NCBI GenBank assembly: GCA_012295275.1
Contig: CM022675.1
Location: 2,356,001-2,420,000 of the forward strand
Direction of reading: 5' to 3'
From: Chrysomallon squamiferum
Taxonomy: Eukaryota > Animalia > Mollusca
Length of the DNA stretch: 64,000 nt
Both the position numbers and the translations under genes were made by a program. Position 1 is the first letter of the stretch. Each line of letters starts with the position of its first letter. This document shows positions 42,736-52,463 of the stretch, in pieces. A model generated the notes under the pieces. It saw only the letters and a program-made list of their open reading frames with translations. It ran no database searches and was not told the DNA's origin.

Positions 42736-43669
42736 AAATTATTTAAGGACAATACGAAATAAATATTTAAAAAAAAAAATTAATATCTTTCGAAAGTAGC
42801 AATTCTCAAGTTGTAACTTAATATTTGAATATATTATTTTTTCTAATAAGATTTTACTAATTTCAAACTATAATGTATTTAAATATATTCCAAATGTATC
42901 CTTCGTTAACACTGGCATTACATTTTTAAAGATATACGTAATGATATTTTGACAACAACAACAACAACAAAAAATGGTTTTGTCTATCTAGTAAATTAAA
43001 TACCTAGTAAATTAAATTTGTGTATGTTAAAACCTCTGACTTATATTTCAGAGGAGATAACTTGATAAATTCAACATTCTTCTTTACCGTCATAATAATA
43101 AACTATGGTTTTTTGTTTGTTATTGTTATATATATATTCTTGTTTGTTATTAGTTGTTTGTTTTTTTTGGTTTGTTTTTTTACAATATCTAATAAATATC
43201 TATTAGTACTATTTAATATAAAAATAAAAAGTGTGACAGTTGAGTTCACTTTTGTTACTAACATTCATTTAAACAAATTATTGTCTGATGTGTATATTTT
43301 AAGCTCACAAAATAAAACACATACGATAAAATTATCTAAATCATATGTACAAATGTACACTCAGATGATCGAACTTACTGGTTCACAGAGAGATTTTTGA
43401 TCTGGAGGACAAACTTTGACAGAACATTCTGTAGAGACTGCGTTGTTTTTGTTAAAGGTGAAAGCTTTCAACTTGAATGTGACGTTGTTTCCCGATCTTT
43501 CAGGTTCCTGTATCATCAGTTTACCAGTCTCAGACGATGGACAGCTGAATAAATAAAAAATTTAAGATAAAATAGCATTTCTGTTTAGTTTTCTCGATAT
43601 GAATAAACTCCAGGTGTCCTAAAGAGAAATTCGCTGTTTTAGTTATTAAAAGTTATGAAGTTATATATT

Positions 43670-43721
<52 letters not shown>

Positions 43722-43927
43722 GGAGGCAATTGTAAATATTTCCAAAATAATTACTATGCAGTTTGGGTGCTTATCCAGATGTGATTAATTTATGTGAAAA
43801 TTTATTTGAAACCAGAATCTATCTCGCTTGTTGAAGTGAAAAAAATAAATAAAATAAAATACAAATAAATAAACAAATAAATAAATAAATAAATAAATGT
43901 TAAATGAAAAAAAGAAAAAAAAGTTAG

Positions 43928-44021
<94 letters not shown>

Positions 44022-44555
44022 CAAGAACAACAAAAACAACAGCAACAACAATAGTAATAACAACAATAACAACTACAACAAGAATAATGATGCTGATGAT
44101 GATTGAACTCAGTATTTCCTAGTTAAAAATATAGGCGTATAAAAATTCAAGTTTATGAGACTTGTGCTAAACAAGTATAATATGTATATAAACAGTTAAA
44201 AATAAAATTTTACCTGTCTTCAATGATTTTCAAAGTTTCTCTGTCTTCTCCAGTTTTCTGATTATCTGCAGTACATGACTCCACCCTGAGAGTGCCTGTT
44301 TCTAGCTCTGTTTAAAAGTATTTCAATATCTGTGTTTATAAATTTCAAGTTGAATTATATTCTTTGCAAGGAGTTCTACTGAAGCGTATGCTAAGGGGTG
44401 GAAATTAAATGTCATCTTTTTCTATTATTTAAAAAAAAATAAAAAATAATGTATTCTTATTTTTATTTATTTATTTATTTTATTATTATTTTAATTTTTT
44501 TCAGAAACAAATAATAATAAGAATAAATAATATACTACTACTACTACTACTACCG

Positions 44556-44617
<62 letters not shown>

Positions 44618-45576
44618 AAGAAATAAATGATGGGTGCTCCTGTACTTAAAACACAGATTTAATAAGACGTTAAATTTTTTCAGCTGATTTCGAAGACTGG
44701 GCGCGCAGCTGATAAAGAAATAAAGTGTTAATTTGTTTCATTATAATAGTTCAAATGGTAGGTTAGCAATACTACTATTACTATTAGTCGTAGTCCTAGT
44801 CCTAGTAGTACTTGTAGTAGTAGCAGCATAATAGTTGTATGTATTGTGCTTGTTATTGTTATTGTTCATTAATTGATTCATTAATTATTTAATTTTGTAT
44901 TTATTTATTTTTCTATGTATTATTATTATTATTAGTAGTAGTAGTAGTAGTATTAATATTAGTATTAGTATTATTTTGTGCTCATGGAATCCATTATTTG
45001 GGCGAAAAGAGAAATGACAGATATTTAGCCGAGAAAGATTTAAATTGTTTTATAATTGTAACGTTTCATTTTGACATTCCGTAAATAATAATATCGTAAA
45101 TAATAGGTGATAAAAAGCAAAAAGCTAGTTAAAATAGAAATGTAATGATCTGCACTTGATTAGTGATACCTGCACATTTGATGCCAGCATCCTGTCCATG
45201 GTCACATAGAAAGTTTCCCCATTGAAAATTACACTGTTCAAGACTCGTTTCATTTCCCAAACAGCGAATATCACGCAGAAAGATAGGTCCTGATCCTTCA
45301 CCAAAACGGGAGCTATCAACTGCTGTTGCATTTGAACTGCAAAGAATGGAATGTGACCTTTTAAAGTATATTTCTTTACTATCATTTCATTTATTATACT
45401 CGTTTTTAATACTCTTACTCTTACTGTGCTATATAAAGAACTTCTAGAATAGTCGTGATTAATGACTTTCTCAGTCAAATACATTTTTCTGTAGTAACTA
45501 ATTATTACTAAGATATTGTGACAACTGCTATAATAATCATCATTAATGATGCCGAAACGACAGAGAAAATTGAGAA

Positions 45577-45612
<36 letters not shown>

Positions 45613-47062
45613 TAATAAAAATTAAAATTAAAAAATATAAATACAAAAATAAAATACGTAGGCTGTTAATCGTAGTTGTTATAAATAAATTATTTCTGAA
45701 ATGAACTCTATTATCAATGACATTGTAATAGCTGTTATAATAATCATTATGAATAACTTACTTAGTGAAACCTAGCATTCTGCAGTAAACAGCTGTTATA
45801 ATAACCATTATGAATAACTTACTTAATGAAACCCAGCATTCTGCAGTAAACATCTGTTATAATAATCATTATTAAGAACTTATTAGTGAAACTCAGCATT
45901 ATGCAGTAAATATCTGTTATAATAACCATTATTAATAACTTACTTAGTGAAACCCAGCATTCTGGAGTAAACAGCTGTTATAATAATGATTGTTAATAAC
46001 TTACTTAGTGAAACCCAGCATTCTGGAGTAAACAGCTATTATAATAATGATTGTTAATAACTTACTTATTGAAACCTAGCATTCTGCAGTAAACAGCTGC
46101 GTTGTAATCAGTATGATATTCATCACAGACTGTGCCCCACATTCCAAGATATTTAATCTCTACTCGACCTTCTCGTTCTGAACTGCCTCCAACCAGACGA
46201 ATCTTAATTTCTTCTTTTTCATCTGCAGTAACAAAATATCCTATAACACACTAAATGTTCCTTGACGTATCAAACGTAAATACAATTTTTAAGTTAGATT
46301 TTATCACATTATTTTGTGTCAGAGTTTGGTCTCTAATACAATGAATGTTATTTTCTTTACAGGAAATTATTAAACATGTGGTAGATGTTTAGTGACTGCT
46401 GTCTAAAATACATTACCTGAACACAGCAGGGCTGTGTACTGCTCATGATCTTCGTATTTTCTAAGTCTGAGGTAACACTCATTAATGTTCTTTTCCAGTC
46501 CTGAACATAGTACACGTGATGTCCAAACCTTTTTGTTGTTTGACGTCAGATTATCCTCATTTTCAGTCAGTAATATTGCTTTATAACTTCTTTAAATAAT
46601 ACATAAAAATTACATCAATTTACATAGAGTAATTATGCCAATTCTTATATTAGTTTAAATACTATTATGGGTGTCATTTTACTATTATTATTATTATTAT
46701 TATTATCATCATCATCATCACTATCATCAGCATCATCATCATCATCATTAGTTTTACTGGTATTAGTCCTTGGTTTCCTGTGATATTACATTCTGTTTGT
46801 ACTTACTCGTTAAATCCAAGTGTTCTGCACAAAACTCTAGCAACTGATGGAGAAGAACAATCATTATTCATTCTGCCCCACTCATTGTTTATTTTTACTT
46901 CAACTACACCGTAGTTACTGCTTGGACCACCAACTAGTCGTAACTCAATGTTTGATATGTCCACTAGAAAATAAACATAAAAATAAAATCAATGCATTCA
47001 CTGATAAATAACTTTTAAATACAGCATGTATCTATCGGTTAGATGAGTTGAATGTTGTTTTA

Positions 47063-47138
<76 letters not shown>

Positions 47139-47834
47139 GTCATCATTTTATTTTGGCGTCTGCAGTAAAAAGCATTCACTATTATAACTTGACAATGTGA
47201 CAGGATGATTAAAAACATAAAACAAAGTTAACCTTTCTTGCGTTCTAAATGTTGTCTCTGTATAAGTCGTTATTGTTATCTGATGGACGTGAGACAATAC
47301 AAGAAACTGATAGTTTGAACATTAATACCTGAACACTTAATATACAGAGATTTGCATTCACTCTCTTCATTCCGAAGTCTAAGAAAAGACAAATGTAGAG
47401 CAGAGGCATAACCACCACTGATAACCTCATACTTCCATTTATTTCCAGTAACTGTTTCAGCAGGATGACTTTCTTCTACTCTGTGAAGTAACACACGCAA
47501 AACAAAAATAAAATTAAAAATTATTTCAAAAATATATCTTAGTGGAAGGACAGCATACAGGTTTAGAGAAGCAAACGTTGCAATGATATAAATAATAAAC
47601 AATAAGAATTAAAGCAAAAAGGAGAAACGTAATACCAGATGTGGTTTATTCAATCCAGAGTCTTTTATAACTGATGGTTTTGTTTAGAAATGTTGAAATT
47701 TATATCAACATGTATTATTCTCTGTGTATTTACAGATGGGTGTTTGTGGTTTTGTTTGTGATTACATTAATACTACTACTATTACTATACTAATATACTA
47801 CTATACTACGGCTACTACTTCTACTACCACTAAA

Positions 47835-47867
<33 letters not shown>

Positions 47868-47869
47868 GA

Positions 47870-47900
<31 letters not shown>

Positions 47901-49251
47901 ACAGTTTAACGATTAAGTTTAAAAAGGTTTACTAACTTTGCATATCCCATTTGCCGGCACACAACGTCAGCATTTCGTCTCTCACGGTACGTTGTGTTAC
48001 ACACTGAATTCCATTTGTCATCATCAAATACTTGAAGATTTCCTTCTTGTTTGCTATTTCCACCGACCAGCCGCAGTTTGTATGGTTTAGGATTTTCTGT
48101 TACAGTGGAACAAAACACATATTTTAATCTTCATAACTGAGAGAAACTGTATGTGATATGTTTTCAGATATTAACAACAGTCACAACAACCATTATCATT
48201 ATGATGATAATAAAACTAACAATGGTGATGATAATGATGGTGGTGATGATGATGATAATATTTCTTTACCATCACATATAATTCCAATATCTTCTCCTTT
48301 GCAAGCATAATCGCAGTCCTTAATCTTCCACGTATAGCAATAATCTAAATTCGTTTCAAATCCAAAACACCCTAAATCACCTTTCCAAATTTGTCCACTT
48401 CCTTCTGGGAAGAAACCTTTACCATGTTGCAGACCAAACGCACTGTTATGTACAAACGTAATTGTTTAATGAGTGTTAACACACACCCACACACACAAAC
48501 GCACACACAAACACACAAACATATACACACCCACATACAAAAACACACACAGTATTATTTTGTATTTATTTATTTACTTCTTTAATTTATTTTTATTTTT
48601 GTTATTTCTTTCTATATATATTGAATATATATATATATATATATATATTTCTTCATTTAGAAATTTCCATTCATAATACTGAAGAATACGGAATTAGATA
48701 GGTATAAAGATTGCAAGAACCAGCACTATTTGTTATTAACTTACTTTTTGAATCCAAGAGTTCTACAAACCACCGTGGCACGGTAGAAGGTGAAACTACT
48801 GTGCAGTCTGCCCCATTTACCTTTGTTCAGAACTTCTACTCGACCTTCTTTAGTTGTGTTACCATCAACTAGACGAAATTTCACTTTATAATGAAACAGA
48901 AAAAAAAAAAACATTAATAATAATAGATACAAATTATTTTCATTTTGTAAAATTGCGAACAATTCGCCAGGAACTGTTTATTAATATATTGAAATTTTGA
49001 AGTTGGCATAAAGTAAATAATAAAGTACAAATACATTTATTACCTGGTTCAATGTCGGCAATCTGTTCTGGTACGTCTGCTGTCAAACCTAGAATAAAAA
49101 TAAATAAGAAAAATAAATAAATGTATAAATAAGTAATACCATCCGTATATATGTGTATGTGGCAGCACACGCGCAAAAAAAAAGAGAAAAAAAAGAAAGA
49201 AGTTATTATAATTATTAATACTATTATTATTATTATTATTATTATTGTTTG

Positions 49252-49283
<32 letters not shown>

Positions 49284-49323
49284 GTTGTTGTTGTTATTAT
49301 TATTATTATTATTATTATTGTTG

Positions 49324-49362
<39 letters not shown>

Positions 49363-49586
49363 GCATCATGAATGAAGATAATATGTCAAGAAACAGGTAG
49401 CTCCTACTTGTAATAAATTCAAATGTAAGTTCTTCATCTAAAGATACAGCTGCTGATTCTGAAACTGAAGACCCGTCTTTGAGGTTGATGTTGAACTGGA
49501 CAAGCGAGGAGTCTATTGAGTTGACTGTGTTTGTGATGTTCTGTCTGTTTCTGCTGAATAATATTAAAAACACATTAACAAATGAA

Positions 49587-49682
<96 letters not shown>

Positions 49683-49861
49683 GTCTGTCTATCTACCTAT
49701 CTATTTCTCTATCTAAAATCTACCTTATTAAGATGTTCAGTTTGTTCTTCGCATTCAGCGATATTTTACTTGTAATAGTAAATAAACATAATATTTTTGT
49801 ACACGACGTGAAATTAAGTATAATGATGATAATAATAATAATGATAATAATAATAATAATA

Positions 49862-49896
<35 letters not shown>

Positions 49897-50421
49897 TCTT
49901 ATAATACTTCCATAAAATCAACATAATCGAAGAAACACATGAGATTAAGTAAATAAAACAATTTTAAAACAAAACTACTATTAGTACTATTAGCAAAACT
50001 ACTTCTACTAAAACTACTAGTATTGATAATAAAAATATTAGACTGTGTAAGAGTAACAGACTGTGTAAGTGTAAGAATAACAGTAAGGTAAAGGTAGCTT
50101 TAAAAAGAAACAGCAAAAGAAGAAAACAAATAACGAACCTTTCAATATTTTTGCTTGTTATCACTTTGGTGACTTTCACAATTGTAGACTCATCGTTTTC
50201 CTCACAAATGACATGTACTTTTGAGTCGAAGTTTGTCATGTATTTGTCACTGAACTGAATTATCACATCCCGAGTTCGACCTCCATTTTGCTTTGTAAAC
50301 GATTCAAAATTAGATACAACACTGTTTCAATGTCTAATACTACTTTGTACATACAAAACATTCAAAATCCAACAAATACATAAACAAGTAAGCCAGTGTC
50401 TAAACAGAGTTCACAAATTAA

Positions 50422-50456
<35 letters not shown>

Positions 50457-51388
50457 TATATATAAGATAAATAAATACGAGAAACGAGAAAACTTCATCA
50501 TCTTCACTATATGAATTACATTGAATACTGAGATATAAAACTGATGAGACTGTATTTTGATATACCTTTTAGAGATATTAACATTAAAAAGCTACAGAGA
50601 CATCAGGTGTCTGATGCATAAACTCAAAGCAGGCTTAAAGATTTCAAGAACTGGAATTGAAAAAGTCATAACAAGTTGTTTGTTTAAATGTCTTAATGTT
50701 TATAACTGCATGCAATTGTTTTGCGAAAGTTTCTTTTTTATCATTATTACTATTATTATTATTATTAGTAGTAGTAGTAGTAGTAGTAGTAATTGTAGTA
50801 GTAATAGTAGTAGTAGTATTTACTTTCGACTATCATAACAGTAATATTAACCACATGAATTTCTGTACTATTGTTTTAAAAGATGATACACAGAACAACA
50901 GACAAGATTTTCAGAAAATAAAACTGAAATATGTGATTGAAATTATTAACCTTATTACATTAATCATTAAAACAAATATTAATTACTGGTTATACTGGTC
51001 ATATATATATGTACGTAACTCAAATACTGGACTATGATTGAAAATAGACAATGTATATAACGAAAGAGGAAATAAAAATCCAGGCATTTGTTAGTAAACA
51101 TAACAAAATAATTTGATATAATGTTTTATTATAAACACAGTGAACAATTTGCATTACTATTATTATTACTATTTCTTTATTATAATCTTAGTAAATAACT
51201 TACATCTTTTGTTCTCACACTGGTCTCCATAGAAAGCAGATGGACAGAAACACGCCTTGTTTCCATTATCATTGTAACAGATACCCCCATCAGAGCCACA
51301 AGAGTCAGTCTGATTGGCACAGGGACTTGAACCACTCAAACCTGAAAACACAAATTTATGATTCTGCAGTTTAGACAAACTTCTTAAG

Positions 51389-51471
<83 letters not shown>

Positions 51472-51896
51472 TCACTGAAAACATCTATCCGAACAACCGA
51501 ACAAGAAAAATAATTAAATAAATAATAAGAAGATCGACAAATACAGCAACAGCGACATCATTGATCAAATATCCAAGTGAATGCTTTAAGTGATCATTAT
51601 TTGTTACAGGTTGTTATTTGTTTTAATCTTAAACTTTTCACATTTTTAAATTATAAATCTTACTTTTCTTCAGCTCACAGTTGTAGCCAGTGTAGTCATT
51701 TCCACAGTCACAGGTGCCGTCATTTTGACAAGTTTTATTATTAGCACAATCCTGACCTTGTCGTCTGCAGTCGAAGTACTCTTCACCTGTAAACAACATT
51801 TTGACATAGGATAACTTTCACGACTGAAAATTGTTATTAAATCAAAGAAAGAAAAAATATGACAGATTTAGTTTAAATTCCAATAGAGGTACCAGG

Positions 51897-51954
<58 letters not shown>

Positions 51955-52463
51955 TAGAAAAGAACAGGTTTTAGGAAGAATAATGTGGAGATAACCAGTA
52001 GACATGACAACTGTTGAGACCAGTATGAAATAAAGAAAGCAGCATATCGAAATTATAGTCATCAACATTTTTATTTCAAATTTTATTTATTTATTTATTT
52101 ATTTAGTAATATTAATCATTATTTACTTATTTTATTATCTGAGTTATATATTTTTAAAAATATTTCACTCTTCAGATGATAAATCTATACACTGTATTTA
52201 ATTACTGAACTCGTCTTTTACTAATCCCTATTTCACTATGTAAAAAAATAATATATCGTCATTTAAAGGAATTGTTTCTAAAATATTAATGTTATAATTT
52301 GAATGATGTATTTTTATTTTATATATTATGCTTCACTTTGTTAACTATCTATTTTCAACTTCAGACACATACAATATTACTATAAAGAAACAGACAAGAA
52401 AAGAAAGTTACCTAGAGTGATGAAACAACTTAGGAGTATCAGATAGACAAAGGATATCCACAT
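41438..52463 (-). CDS. Gene B (18 exons seen, ATG to TAG): EGF-EGF-ZP(SRCRx4)-TM protein; the first ZP-N exon is absent from the assembly
   Basis: Exons: 52412-52463, 51664-51786, 51204-51341, 50139-50290, 49408-49550, 49044-49088, 48745-48883, 48270-48442, 47937-48096, 47329-47480, 46807-46963, 46417-46589, 46066-46222, 45170-45336, 44214-44307, 43379-43544, 41906-42023, 41438-41625. Adding a 188-nt exon like gene A's gives 2685 nt, i.e. 894 aa plus stop. Confidence 0.85.
41906..42023 (-). CDS. Gene B exon with consensus furin cleavage site and EHP
   Basis: VDCNGKKGFGRKRRSAETSDELVRKTFTVLNVMNEDRTP. Confidence 0.9.
43379..43544 (-). CDS. Gene B exon ZP-C3
   Basis: CPSSETGKLMIQEPERSGNNVTFKLKAFTFNKNNAVSTECSVKVCPPDQKSLCEP. 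Confidence 0.9.
44214..44307 (-). CDS. Gene B exon ZP-C2
   Basis: ELETGTLRVESCTADNQKTGEDRETLKIIEDS. Confidence 0.88.
45170..45336 (-). CDS. Gene B exon SRCR4 C-half
   Basis: SNATAVDSSRFGEGSGPIFLRDIRCLGNETSLEQCNFQWGNFLCDHGQDAGIKCA. Confidence 0.9.
45730..46100. repeat. ~61-bp minisatellite of SRCR4a exon end plus splice donor (gene B)
   Basis: ~6 units at the same relative position as in gene A. Confidence 0.9.
46066..46222 (-). CDS. Gene B exon SRCR4 N-half
   Basis: EKEEIKIRLVGGSSEREGRVEIKYLGMWGTVCDEYHTDYNAAVYCRMLGFN. Confidence 0.9.
46417..46589 (-). CDS. Gene B exon SRCR3 C-half
   Basis: SYKAILLTENEDNLTSNNKKVWTSRVLCSGLEKNINECYLRLRKYEDHEQYTALLCS. Confidence 0.87.
46807..46963 (-). CDS. 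Gene B exon SRCR3 N-half
   Basis: DISNIELRLVGGPSSNYGVVEVKINNEWGRMNNDCSSPSVARVLCRTLGFN. Confidence 0.88.
47329..47480 (-). CDS. Gene B exon SRCR2 C-half
   Basis: VEESHPAETVTGNKWKYEVISGGYASALHLSFLRLRNEESECKSLYIKCS; same 152 nt and phase as in A. Confidence 0.83.
47937..48096 (-). CDS. Gene B exon SRCR2 N-half
   Basis: NPKPYKLRLVGGNSKQEGNLQVFDDDKWNSVCNTTYRERRNADVVCRQMGYA. Confidence 0.9.
48270..48442 (-). CDS. Gene B exon SRCR1 C-half
   Basis: AFGLQHGKGFFPEGSGQIWKGDLGCFGFETNLDYCYTWKIKDCDYACKGEDIGIICD. Confidence 0.88.
48745..48883 (-). CDS. Gene B exon SRCR1 N-half
   Basis: VKFRLVDGNTTKEGRVEVLNKGKWGRLHSSFTFYRATVVCRTLGFK. Confidence 0.9.
49044..49088 (-). CDS. Gene B 45-nt linker micro-exon
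   Basis: LTADVPEQIADIEP; phase 1-1. Confidence 0.75.
49408..49550 (-). CDS. Gene B exon: ZP interdomain linker and start of ZP-C
   Basis: NRQNITNTVNSIDSSLVQFNINLKDGSSVSESAAVSLDEELTFEFIT. Confidence 0.85.
50139..50290 (-). CDS. Gene B exon ZP-N2
   Basis: QNGGRTRDVIIQFSDKYMTNFDSKVHVICEENDESTIVKVTKVITSKNIER; 152 nt, phase 0 to 2. Confidence 0.85.
51204..51341 (-). CDS. Gene B exon EGF2
   Basis: PCANQTDSCGSDGGICYNDNGNKACFCPSAFYGDQCENKR. Confidence 0.92.
51664..51786 (-). CDS. Gene B exon EGF1
   Basis: Nucleotide-identical by eye to gene A 14919-15041. Confidence 0.92.
52412..52463 (-). CDS. Gene B start codon and signal peptide exon
   Basis: MWISFVYLILLSCFITL(G); GT donor at 52411-52410. Confidence 0.85.
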
